Positions 52,033-64,000 of a stretch of DNA of 64,000 nt are shown piece after piece. Made by a program: the position numbers and the translations under genes. How positions within the stretch are numbered: the stretch's first letter is position 1; every line of letters starts with the position of its first letter. The notes under the pieces are model-generated. The model saw only the letters and a list, made by a program, of their open reading frames with translations, had not been told where the DNA came from and did no database searches. This DNA comes from Gordius albopunctatus (taxonomy: Eukaryota), in assembly GCA_964276515.1 (NCBI GenBank), contig OZ193909.1, positions 5,580,001-5,644,000 of the forward strand, in the 5' to 3' direction.

Positions 52033-54932
52033 ATGCTCTTGTTGAAATCTCCCATCGCCATCAAGAGCTTGATGGTAGGCTTTTTAACCCTTTTATTTTG
52101 GGTAAATTTTGTAATTCACGATCCCTACTATCTTCGAATCGGCAGAATCACGGCTTATTTTCCCCCCACCAAAAACAATTACATCCGATGTCGAACTTTG
52201 ATAAATGTTTTGGAAAGATTAAACAGCCACAAGTTGTGGAGCGATAGCCCAGAGCCTTATATCAACCCTCGCGATAGGAGTAGTTTAATTAAGCTTTTGA
52301 GTAAGTACGGAATTTGTTATTCGCAAATTCGTCGGCCTCAATCGAATAAAACTACATACAATTCAATCATTTCTTTAACGATGCAAAAATCCAATATTAC
52401 GAGATTTAAAAGCAGAGAAAAACCAAAAATATCAAGCTCTATTAGCACATCTTCATATATTTTGGAGACTTTAACACCTGAAAACTTATCCCTGCTATAC
52501 TCAACTCATTTCAAACATGATTCAAGCACCTTGGAGTTAACTGGAATCCCAAAACTAAACTTAAAATCGATGGGAACCTTATCTAGTCCAACCCTAGACG
52601 AAACTCAAAGTAACCACGCCTCAACGACAGTTGCCCAAAGAGGTCCATATCGTATATTAATGGATCTTTTCACTGCTGTGGCTTCTCCCACTATAGTTGG
52701 GGTACCGCCAAATATAAATGGCAAAGGGGCAGTCACTATAGCAACGCAGTGCAGCCCCGCCTACTTGTCGCACCTAAGACACATGGCCCGTCGCTGGGCC
52801 GGTCCCATCTCAGTCGCCGTTTACTCTGCTAGTTCGAGTCAAGTAAATCACGTGATCAACACCATCCGAGACTTACGAACTTGCGACCGCGTAGTTCGCC
52901 GTCATGTGACGTTCCACTTATTCTATTATGCCCCACCCACTGGCCTCAAGGATTTTCCAAAATTTTACGAGCTATTAGCTGGTGTCTTGGATTCTCACAA
53001 CAGCAGCCTGGACTGTAGTGTTAAGCTAAAGGCCCTTCAAGCGGCAACTGATCAAGCGGGACAGAATCAAACCCACACAAAAAATAGACTTGAAGACTCA
53101 CCCAGTGGTCATTTTTATCCGGTTAATACCGGCCGAAATGTGGCTCGATTGGGAGCTCGAACTGGTTATGTTTTTACCCTTGACGTGGAATTCGTACCCA
53201 GCGATGATCTCATGAATGCCTTTCTTCGCTTCGTCAACCCTAACCCAGCTGACAAACTGCTGAGTTCACATCAAGCCGGACCGTCTTCTCGTCCCAAAGT
53301 TTTTGTGATACCGGCTTTCGAGGTTAAGACGGGTATCGATAGACCGTTTAACAAAGTCGAATTGCTGAGACTCATATCTCGAGGCGAGGCCGTCCCATTC
53401 CACAAGAAAAGGTGTCACCCGTGTCATATTATTCCGAATTACAACAAATTTATACGACCGCCTCCTGCCGGTTCAAATGAGACGGAAGGTCTTAAAGTAT
53501 TAGCTATAACTAAATGGATACCCCCCTATTGGGAACCCATTTTCATTAGTTCTAACCAAGATCCTCTTTACGACGAACGATTTTTGGGCTACGGAAGAAA
53601 CAAAATACAAATGGTGAGCTGCAATTTGGGCTAATCCCCAATTAGAACTCTGTAATGTGAACTCAAGTTTCATAAAATATTTATGCTTCAACAACTTCCC
53701 TCCCTATTGACAAAATTATTTAAGTTTTAATGTGGTAATACTCCGCATTTAGAATTAACTAAACAATTGAATAACATTTAAAAATGTTTAAAAATTCAAT
53801 TTTTTATGATTTTAATAGAGGGAGAAGCTTTTTCGCTTTTGAACATTGGTTACCTCTCCCAACCTTAATGAGTTTAAAAACCCTAACTCTTTTTTGCTAA
53901 GGCAAAAACATATTTATCTCTCGTACACTGATAAATTTAACCTCTGATATCTTCTACACAATAGCATTATGGAGCTATTGCCGTTTAGGGTTTTTTAAAA
54001 GATGAACACTTATTTATATAAGCTACTTTTATATGAAATCCTTGTAAGAAATTTGAAATAGTTAAAGAGCATTTTATTTAAGGATTTTTGCCAAATAAAC
54101 TGAGTCCTAATCTAAATTTAATTTGTCATGCAAGTTGTGTTTGAACAGAAATAAAAATATATTGACAACTGTATTCTAAAAGTACTCAAAGTCTTTGTAT
54201 AAGTCGTTTAGTAAGATTTTGAAGGCAATCTTTTTGCCAAAATATGATTAAAAAACATATGGTAACTATTGTTTTTACTTTAGTGTTATTTGAAATTAAA
54301 TTTAGCAAAGAAATAATATCAATGAGCATTTTATTTTGAACTCAGCAAAGTATAATATAATTGTCATCAACATGAAAAAACTTAGATATGTCGCTTAAGA
54401 TTGAACCTGAAAGACTAATTTTGTAAATTTTTATACACTGGTAGAAGTATTTCAAAACATTAATTTGCCAATACAAAACATTTATTATTTATTATCGTCA
54501 TAGTGTTACGAGCTTTGCAGAGCCGGGTATCTGTTTTATGTGCTCGACGGCGCCTTCGTAACTCACCAAGGAATTTCCGTCTTGACCAAAAGCGAAAGAA
54601 AGGCTAAGGCTTCTATCATGAGGAAAAATAATGTCCTTTTCGAAAAATTCAAACGCGAACTCAACGATCGATATAATTGGGGTCAAAATGACCCCGCTTG
54701 CGAATTCAAAATGCCTCGCCCAGGACGTCGAAAACAAGCTCTGGTGTCGTCTGGGAAAGCTAAAAGTCAATCCGAGTTAATCGAAAAATTAATTTTAAAA
54801 GATCAAAGGAAGTTGGATGATCACTTGTTACCAAAATCCCTAACGGATGTTGACTCGTTAAATGCCAACTTGAGTGAAGGAGCTAGTGTCAAAAAACCGC
54901 TAAGTACCGGCATACTATTATTACATAAATGA
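52033..54932 (+). CDS. B4GAT1: Beta-1,4-glucuronyltransferase 1-like (GT49) type II membrane glycosyltransferase, ~670 aa, 2 exons
   Basis: Exons 52033-53613 and 54504-54932. N-terminal TM; motifs VTIATQ, RRWAGPISVAVY, YPVNTGRNVAR, DVEFVPS, VFVIPAFEV, WEPIFI, YDERFLGYGRNKIQM|CYELCRAGYLFYVLDGAFVTH. Confidence 0.88.
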
Positions 54933-56264
54933 GCGGCAAATAACGAACGCTATTGATTTCTAGCCATTCAATGATAACTTGACCCCCGTGCCATATGTTG
55001 TATTAATAATCTTAAATTATTTAAAATTGTATGCGATTCGAGTAAGTGTCAAATATATTTGTTGAACTTTGTGATATGATCGGTAAAAAATATTTTAAAT
55101 TCTATTTTTAATGTTTAATTTTTTTATTTCGTTTGTAAAATATTTAGAATGTTATCGCAACGTTTAATACAGGGTTTGTTTTATAAAAAAGGTGTGGACT
55201 TTACCCTCTGAATTTCCAAAACTACCCTATCATTGAGAATAATATATTTAACCTTTTCTATGTCCTAAATTTCAAATTGTCTTCTGAACAAATTTCTTAA
55301 AAAAATTCTGATAATTACAACAATAAAATTTCGCAAATTATCCAAACTCGACCCGGCCCGAACGCGTTTAAGGCTTTTAACCAAATCCCTCCCCAACACG
55401 TTTCATATTTTGGTATCCGACGGTAGAGTAATAAAAATTGCGGTGTGTAAAATATAATGGACAAATTAAAGTGCGATCTATGAAACTAATTGATGCCACA
55501 GATTATGAATACTAAATTTATTTGAATGATCTATTAGAGTGATGTATCTAATTTTGAAATATATAGTTTTGCAAATGAACCATTTAATAACTTAAAATTA
55601 CTTTCATTTGGTTTATGTATATATTTTTATGTTTATGCTGTCTAAATTAGTAATGAATTGCCACTTCACATTAGTTAAATACAACTTAAAAATACTATTT
55701 TGTTGATATATACCTTTCACGAGTTAAATTTGCGTTTTCCTCCAAATTGAAACAATCAGATTTAAATAAACAAAAGGAATTTATTAACTGAAAGAATGAT
55801 CTTAGATTATAGATTTTGATATTAAGTAAAAGAATATTATCCATAATAGCATTAATTTAAAAGATATGTCCCGTAGTTTGGAGTAGGATTCATAACCTTT
55901 GACCCTACTCTTTAAATCCAACTCCACCCGACCCAAAGAATTTTATAATTTTCAACACGAACCCGACGTCGGATTTTGGGTCACCCCTGCACGTCTCTAC
56001 ATACACCTAAGTAAGGATGGGAAGGTAGATATATTCTGGAAGAAGTTTAATGAAAATTAGGATAAAAATGAATTTTGGATCAGCAACGGGAAAAATAGGG
56101 ATATATAGACAACTTTACATTGTAAGTTGATTCAGAAAAAGAATTTTAAATTTACATGCTTAAACCGGGTTATAAATATGAAACTGAACTTTATTTTATA
56201 AAAACTACATTTATATTCTATAAAAAGTGTTTAAAATTTTATTATAGATTTTACACCTATCTAA

Positions 56265-56710
56265 TGTGATCATTTTTTTATTGGTCAGTAGCCATCGGAA
56301 GGTCAAAAAGTCATATTATCAATGGTATTAACAAGGACAATATATTAATTTAATTTTAAAAATTTTTTGTCCCCTCCGGGTATCGAACCAGCAATTAAGA
56401 ATTCGCCCTCGACGGGATTCGAACCCACATCAGTAGAGGCATAGGCTTTTTTAGAGGCGGGGCACAGGGACCCTTATCAGTAGAGGCATAGGCTCTTGTA
56501 GGGGGGGGGCATAGGTAATTATCAATGTTAGCCTATACCAATTCAAAAACGAAAAAAAATTTCGATTTATACTTTGGCCAATGGTCATTTTTTCATTGGT
56601 CAGTAGCCAGCGGACCGCCAAAAAGTCATATTATTAATGGTATTAACAAGAACAATATATTAATTTAATTTAAAAAAAAATAAAAATTTTGCCCTCTCCG
56701 GGATTCGAGA
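56265..56710 (-). repeat. Tandem-repeat portion of the DINE-1/HINE-like family with B-box motifs
   Basis: ATTGGTCAGTAGCCA..AAAAAGTCATATT units and CGGGATTCGAACCC motifs. Confidence 0.7.
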
Positions 56711-56974
56711 GTAGCTCCTTTTAGGGGCTCCTTTAAATTTAATATATAAATTATATTATTTTTGAAATATTAATAATATTTGTTAATTAAAATTTAATGA
56801 AAATATAATTTAATTTTATTTAAACTTATTCATTATTAAATGATGAGCCGAGTTTTATATTGATTTTTCATCTAATCATTTGAAACATTAAACATCAGTT
56901 TTTTCATTTTAAATTGAAATTTTTTTGAAAAATCTTGTAAATCATATTAATATTCATTTTATAGATAGATAATA

Positions 56975-57419
56975 AAAACTCGGGCCTTCGGCCCTCGTGG
57001 GAAGGAGGGAAGGGAAGGGGGAACGAAACTGATCTATACTCCGTATAAAAGTAGCATATTTGCTATGAAATTTATGGGCGAGAAAGGTGGGAAGGGGCGA
57101 GATTGCCTATACGGGGTATTAAATGCAAAATGATTACTTAATTATTTATACAAATTTTCCATCACTTTGTCCAGTGGTGATCTTTTCTAATGGTTAGTAG
57201 ACACAGCCAAATAACTAGCCTATAATTACTATCAAGAAAAAAAATCGATTTTAATCTCACTTTGGCCAACGGTCATTGTTTTCATTGGTCAGTAGCCAGC
57301 GGACGGCCAAAAAGTCATATTATAAATGGTATTAACAAGAACAATATATTAATTAAAAAATAAAAAAAATTTGCCCTCGCCGGGATTCGAACCCACATCA
57401 GCAGAAGCATAAGCCTTTG
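56975..57419 (-). mobile_element. DINE-1/HINE-like element 3' part, interrupted by the hAT end at 57420
   Basis: Reverse complement of 63050-63190, including hairpin GGGCCTTCGGCCC. Confidence 0.75.
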
Positions 57420-60140
57420 TAGTGTTGTAAAAAAGACCAAAGGGTTTTCGACCAGGTTATAACTAAGGTTTAGTCTTGGTCTATTTTTCAAAAAGACCTC
57501 GAGGTCTTTTGGTCTGTTTTCTTAGTCGACCTTTGAGGTTTAGCCGATACTTGGAGCAAAGACCTAAAGGTTCTCAAGGTCTTTTGGCCTATTTTGTTTA
57601 GCCAACCTTTAGGTTTAGTCAGAATTTTTTTAGTAAACCAAAGGTTTTTACTTGTTATTATAAGTCGACCTTTGGTTTGGCTTAGCTGTTTTGGTGTGGG
57701 GGAAAAATAATATATATATATAATTTCATAAGTGACTTTAAAATTCAGCTTTATAATTAATGGTAGCTTTTTAATTGCACTGATTTGATTATATTATAAC
57801 AATGGTTGAGGGTGATTTTTAATATTGATACCTACCTGTAAAATATAATTTCCGAAATCAATTATTTGTCAACCTAATTTGGTGAGAATTGTCATAATTG
57901 TCGTTTATGAAGAAAAATAAAATGTTTTAACGAAAATTGATGGGTGGGAGTGTCATAAAAATGTTGCAAACTTAAAATTCAAGTTTGTCACCTTAGCTTG
58001 GTGACAATTGTCATAATTGTCATTTTAAAAGCTAGATAAATACTTTTAACAAAAATTGGTCGGTTAGGGTGTCATAAAAATGTTGCAAACTTAAAATTTA
58101 AGTTTGTCACCTTAGCTTGGTGACAATTGTCATAATTGTCATTTTAAAAGCTAGATAAATACTTTTAACGGAAATTGGTCGGTTAGGGTGTCATAAAAAT
58201 GTTACGTAATCTGTCAAATCCTAAACTTATGTTGTTTATTATAAAAAATTAATTAATTGGAAATGAATAATCGTATATATAAGTTACTTATAATTAAATT
58301 CCTCGATACCCTAGCGAAATTCGTTCATATATATGTATATTTAAATTTATTTAATATTAATAATTGACAAAATATAAGTTATAAATAAAATTTAAGAGCA
58401 TTTGGCTCACACATTTAAATTTTATAATGATGCTTATCTTTAGCAAAATTTGTTCCATAATTTTTTAAATGATTAATAAATTGTTTGTAAATTCTTCTTT
58501 ATTTGAGTTTGTCTATTATAACTTTAAAGTAGTAGGAAAATATTTAGTGTTATACATACATAGATATTTTTATTAAAGATTATTCCAATTGCGCAAACAT
58601 AACACTTCGTTAACAGAACACGAAGAAATCTGATTTCTTTTTTTAGTAATAATATTAGAGGCTGAAGAAAAAAGTCTTTCGGCTGGAATAGAGGTTCCCT
58701 GTAAGGCCAAATATTTCCGTGCCAGATATCCTAGATGAGGGAATGTTTTTTGATTGTGTCGCCACCAATCTAAAATGTTTTGATCACCTAAATTATAATA
58801 TTACAAAGTCAAAAATAAGTTTCACCATCTAATAATGTCTGCCTAAGGTATCTTTTATATTCTTCTTCATTTTGGGTGTTCCTATTAAAATATTTCAAAA
58901 GCCTTCATTGTCGAAGATTTGTGTCCCTGTGTAACTGGGTAAGAAATATTTCCAGCACTATTTGAATATAATGATTCAAAGTTATTTTCGTATTCTAGAG
59001 TAAGCCATTCATCCGGCATATTCTCCTTTTTCAGTCGAGGATCAAGGATGACCCCGACATAATATTCGAACCGGTTGAAAAGACCCTCATAGGCGTGCAA
59101 TTTTATCATCATACTTTCTGCAGCCTGTTTAATGTTAAAGTTATAACTATCAAATTCCATCAGATATTTTTTCATCTTATATAAATAAATAACACACAAT
59201 CCTATGGATGGATGGGTCTGTGTTGACATACTGTCTGTCATAACGTTAAATATCATTTAAAAAATTTCAATTTCTTTTAAATTAGCAATTTCTTCCTCAC
59301 TGCACAGTGGCCCATCTGATAGCCAACCATCTTCAACTTTTAAATTGTTTATCGTAGTTAGTTGCTAGGAAAAATATATAATTATAAATAAAAAAACATA
59401 CTTCATTAAACACTTTTAACATCTTAAATGTACTATTCCACCGGGTTACTATATCCAAGGGAATAGTGATTTCGGCAACCTCCTCAAATCGTTGCATCAA
59501 TTTCGGTGATGTATGCAGCTTTCTAACCCAGCGAGAAACCTTTGCGATATCATCTTTCAAAATAGATAACCCTTCTTTAACAAATAGGTTTATAATATGT
59601 CCAAAACATCTTATATGGAATATCTTTGAAATTCTTATTTGATTTATTATATTCATAGCAGCGACCATATTTGCTGCGTTATCGGTGGTTATAGATAAAA
59701 CTTTGTCTTCCATCTTATATTTTTTCATAATGTCTGTAATTTTTTCAGCTATCATTTGTCCCGTATGTTGGTATGAAGTGTTTGAAATTTCCAAAACGTA
59801 ACTTTTTAGTACAAAATTTTCGTTTATAAGATAAACATTGTATACTAGACCACAAGTCTATGGTCAACGATATTGAATCGCTCATCTCAATAATTTGTTG
59901 AACGATTATAAACTTTTCCTCATAAAGTTTTTTTTAATATTTTGCGTAAGAGTGGGCCTTGTATTTATTTTTATTGAACTATTAATTCGGGTAAATATTC
60001 TTCTAAAACTTTCAGATTCGATAAGTCTAAAGGAGAGTCCTTCTCTAATTATTAACTTTGTAATCATATCATTAATTTCTTTATTATTTTCTTCCAGCCA
60101 ATATCCATTTAATATACATTTTTCCTTTGTTATTATTGCG
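57420..60140 (-). mobile_element. hAT transposon (one end plus disrupted transposase)
   Basis: Terminus TAGTGTTGTAAA at 57420, ~119-bp subterminal tandem repeats (57870-58200) and transposase 58573-60140. Confidence 0.85.
58573..60140 (-). pseudogene. hAT/Ac-family transposase pseudogene with two 37-38 nt introns
   Basis: Motifs TTDNAANM, RCFGHIINL (CxxH), TRWNST, LDPRLK and WW..FPHL..LARKYL..TSIPAERLFS. Introns 59365-59401 and 58788-58825; internal stops and frameshifts. Confidence 0.9.
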
Positions 60141-61020
60141 TAGTGTTGTAAAAAGACCTGAGTTTTTTTAGCCGACCTTTGGTCTTAGTCGACTAAACGA
60201 AAAAGACCTCGAGGTCTTTTGGTCTGTTTTCTTAGTCGACCTTTGGTTGAGGTAATACTTGGAGAAAAGAGCTTAAAGGTTGTTAGGCTATTTTGTTTAG
60301 CCAACCTTTAGGTTTAGTCATAATTTTGTTGTTAATACCCCAAAGGTTTTTACTTGTTATTATTAGTCCACCTTTGGCTTGGTTTAGGTCTGGCGGCGGG
60401 ATGGTAGGAAAATAATATATAATTTAATGAGTGAATTTAAAATTAAGCAATATAGTTACGGCTAGATTTTTAATTGTACTGATATGATTTAATAATGGTT
60501 GAGGGTGATTTTTGATATTGATACCTAGTTGTAAAATATAATTTTAAGAATCAATCATTTGTCAAGCTAATTTGGTGACAATTGTCATAATGGTCGTTTA
60601 TGAAGCAAAATAAATTGTTTTGACGAAAATTGGTGGGGTATGATGTCATAAAAATGTTGCAAACTTAAAATTTAAATTTGTCACCTTATCTTGGTGACAA
60701 TTGTGATAATTGTCATTTTAAAAGCTAGATAAATACTTTTAACCAAAATTGGTCGGTTAGGGTGTCATAAAAATGTTGCAAAATTAAAATTTAAGTTTGT
60801 CACCTTAGCTTGGTGACAATTGTCATAATTGTAATTTTAAAAGCTAGATAAATACTTTTAACGAAAATTGGTCGGTTAGGGTGTCATAAAAATGTTGAAA
60901 ACTTAAAATTTAAGTTTGTCACCTTAGCTTGGTGACAATTGTCATAATTGTCATTTTAAAAGCTAGATAAATACTTTTAACGAAAATTGGTCGGTTAGGG
61001 TGTCCTAAAAATATTCCAAC
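60141..61020 (-). mobile_element. Second copy of the same hAT terminal region abutting the transposase 5' part
   Basis: TAGTGTTGTAAAAAGACC and ~850 bp collinear with 57420-58200, with four ~119-bp repeats. The opposite TIR was not seen. Confidence 0.8.
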
Positions 61021-61840
61021 AATGTATTTTTAAAAATTAGTTGCCAATTTATTATAGTGACCTTGGTAAAATCGAATAATTGTACCATAATACTTGTTAA
61101 GTTTAATTCATATTTTTTATCTTCGTTATTTATAGTAATAACTTAGTTTTTACTATTCTAAATTAATATATGGGTTTCAACCAGTAACATTAACATTTAT
61201 CAGTAATAGGAGTTGGTTATATTGCTTTGTCAAATTTAAAAGAGACTAGAGAAAAAAAGATAGAAAATCGAAGCTAAAATCTCCCTTTTAATTTAATATC
61301 TTTCTCGTTAATAACTTTTTTTCTATTAGTTTTTTAGAACCCCAACAAGTTTTATAATAGAGTGTAAATTTTTATATAATAAATTGCTTGGAATTAACAA
61401 TTTTGTTGAAAATAACTGTGTCATAACTAGAGACCTGCACAGGCAGCCCGAGGCCCGGGCCGGGCTCGGGCCCTAAATTTTCAAGCTTTGGAATTGTAGC
61501 CTAAATAGTTCTTTGTTCTGTTTAAAACAATATTTTTATTAAATGGTATACAAAAAATTACATACATGACTAAAAAATATAAAAACGCGCTATAACTAAA
61601 CGGATGGCATTGATCCGTGTATGGAAATCTTGTTGTATTTAACGATTTATTAATTAAAAGTTATTGATTCATTCATTTAGCGCTATTTTAGTATACAAAG
61701 ACAAACAATTGAGTATGGAACAAAAAAATCTACTCCTAATAGCTGAAAATATTTATAAATAATTTTATAAAGTAAAGAAATTGACACCTACATAAAGTTA
61801 AAGATCAACAAGAAAAAATAGATGGTGGAAAGTACACCTC

Positions 61841-63434
61841 TAGGAAATATTCGATTCGAGATTAGATTCGGATCGAATTCGAATCCTTATGTCTGAATTT
61901 CGAATCTAATATTTACCTGGTGAGATTCAAAAATCCGAATTGAATCTTTAAAAAGGGATTCGAAAAATTATTTATACTTGGTTGATAGTTATTTAAATAT
62001 ACAAGACAAAAATAATTAAGCTGTTTTTATATTTCCGCAAATTAGTTAATTGCTATGCAATTTATGGGCTCGTTTTTGGTTGTCCGTCGTCCGTCCGTCG
62101 TCCATCCACCAAGTTATTGGCGCCAGCTTTTTTTTAATTAAATTAATATATTGTTTTAACACCATTGATAATATGACTTTTTGACCGTCCGCAGGCTACT
62201 GACCATTGAAAAAAATTACCATTGGCCAAATAAATCGAAATTTTTTGTTCGTTTGTGAATAGGTTAACATTGATAATTACCCTATACTTTTTAATAATTG
62301 CTATGCAATTTATCTAGTTTTTGGGTTAGAATCCCGGAGTTTTTTTTTGACTCTTATGATTGTTCTTGTTACTATCATTGATAATAAGACTTTTTGGCCG
62401 TCCGCTGGCTGCTGACCAATGAAAAAAATGACCATTGGCCAAAATGTGTATCCGAGTTTATTTTTTCGTTTTTTTTTGACTATTATGATTGTTCCTGTTC
62501 CTACCATTGCTATTATGACTTTTTGGCCGTCCGCTGGCTCCTGACCGATGGAAAAAATGACCATTGGCCAAAATGTGAATCGAAAATATTTTTTTCGTTT
62601 TTTTGACTATTATGATTGTTCCTGTTCCTACCATTGCTATTATGACTTTTTGGCCGTCCGCTGGCTGCTGACCAATGGAATAAAATGACCATTGGCCAAA
62701 ATGTTATTCGAAAATTTTTTTTTCGTTTTTTTTGACTGTTATGAATTTATATCCACTTTTACCGTGTCCTGGCTGCTGACCAATGGAAAAAAATGACCAT
62801 TGGCCAAAATGTGAATCGAAATTATTTTTTCCGTTTTTTTTGACTATTATGATTGTTCCTGTTCCTACCATTGCTATTATGACTTTTTGGCCGTCCGCTG
62901 GCTGCTGACCAATGGAATAAAATAACCATAAGGCTGGCTCTACTAATGTGAGTTCGAATCCCGGAGAAGGCAATTTTTTTAATTAAATCAAAAATTTGTA
63001 TTAATAATTAACTAATTATTTTACATTTAATACCCCCCCCCCGCCTATAGGCATTCTCACCCCTTCCCACCTTTCTCGCCCATAAATTGCATAGCAAATA
63101 TGATACATTTATACGGAGTGTGGATGAGTTCCCCCTTCCCTCCCCTCCTCCCCTTCCCCCTTCCCACGAGGGCCGAAGGCCCGAGTTTATTTTCTACGAT
63201 CACTACATTTAAATTTTATAAGCATACACAAAATATAAAAATATCACTTTACATACTATATGGGGTTCAACTTAAAAAAAAATTTCAAAATTTTTGCTAA
63301 CATTATTTATTTTTATATTCAATCTTTGCATTTTTATGAATAAATTCATAATTAAAAAACTTGAAAAATAATCGAATGTTCGAATCGAATCATTATTTTA
63401 ATATTCGCCGACTCTCAAATCGAATATTTTTTCA
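61841..63434. mobile_element. Nested TIR element with TTCGA-rich ends
   Basis: AAATATTCGATTCGAGA vs TCTCAAATCGAATATTT; no clear TSD. Confidence 0.5.
62025..63192 (+). mobile_element. DINE-1/HINE-like (Helentron-associated) element
   Basis: 20-bp inverted repeat TTGCTATGCAATTTATGGGC (62050-69 / 63078-97), (GTCC)n microsatellite at ~62092-62107, ~120-126 bp central tandem repeats, 3' hairpin GGGCCGAAGGCCC, T-rich flanks. Confidence 0.75.
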
Positions 63435-64000
63435 AATAAAATTTAAACTCGGAGATTTTTGATGCTTGTATTTTATCAATCTATAATTTTATTATGTGCG
63501 TTTTATTTTTTAATAAATAATTTTACCAAAAAAGCGTTTGATTTAATTTTTAGCAATTATTAAAAATTCGGGCCCGGACCGGGCCTATTTTTGAATTTAA
63601 ATTCCGGGCCGGGCCTTAAAAACATCGATTTTGCAGGTCTCTAGTCATAACAACTCCAAAAGAAATATTCTAATCGAACCATGGGGCTACCTGAGACAGA
63701 AGCTAAAATTACTTTTATTACCCCCATTTAAAGTCTATCTTCCTTTATGGAGAAGAATAAATAAGTATGGTTGAGTGAGATTTTTATATTCTTATAAATA
63801 TGTATCCTGGCTACGTGCCAGATCCATAAATATGGGTATTAGCAGCTAGTTAAAATGGGGGGGAAATGGGATTGCATGTGCTGTGCGTGTGCCTTAGCGA
63901 AACAATGAAAATAACTTGTAAAATATGCTGGTATGGTACGGCTAGGGAGGGATTGAGTGTGGTGCTGTCTGGCTACACATTAGAAAGCCAATTAAATATT

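Larger units (their letters stand above)
61428..63643. mobile_element. hAT-type non-autonomous element (TAGAGACCTGCA TIR) holding nested insertions
   Basis: TIR pair and perfect TSD GTCATAAC (61420-27, 63644-51). Confidence 0.9.

Noticed and set aside
18271..54932. Alternative genetic code or stop read-through
   Set aside because: All four genes translate with the standard code and end at ordinary TAA/TGA; internal stops occur only in decayed elements.
57362..57420. tRNA gene at the GGTTCGAATCCC motifs
   Set aside because: Only the T arm and 3' strand are recognisable; I could not build a D arm, anticodon arm or acceptor pairing.
57870..61010. 119-bp repeats with palindromic TGTCACC..GGTGACA as a possible CRISPR or ncRNA array
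   Set aside because: They are subterminal tandem repeats of the hAT element and lack spacers.
62160..62930. Regular repeats resembling a CRISPR array
   Set aside because: Whole units are repeated with no unique spacers, there are no cas genes, and the context is a eukaryotic TE.
62310..63300. ORFs inside the HINE-like element
   Set aside because: Repetitive translations of the tandem units; no Rep or helicase motifs.

Overview
AT-rich eukaryotic (animal, probably protostome) genomic DNA; the taxon cannot be fixed from this window. I reconstructed four + strand protein-coding genes by hand. They are an intronless sNPF/PrRP-type neuropeptide GPCR (18271-20058), a 6-exon CatSper3-like sperm Ca2+ channel subunit (26480-30278), a 27-exon AP-3 beta subunit (32132-47395) and a 2-exon B4GAT1-like GT49 glycosyltransferase (52033-54932). 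The rest is rich in mobile DNA: a foldback-like element with G/C-run tandem arms (1-~3080), several hAT elements/MITEs with 8-bp TSDs, a TTAA-flanked long palindrome, a Harbinger-like MITE, DINE-1/HINE-like elements carrying tRNA-type B-boxes, and LINE remnants. The most notable points are an intact CatSper3 with a TAEGW pore whose exon junction is split by an intron holding a long hairpin, 37-45 nt introns with frequent AAG acceptors, a MITE whose TSD duplicates a splice donor, and a decayed tandem pair of an unidentified minus-strand coding sequence. All family calls come from motif recognition, not database searches.
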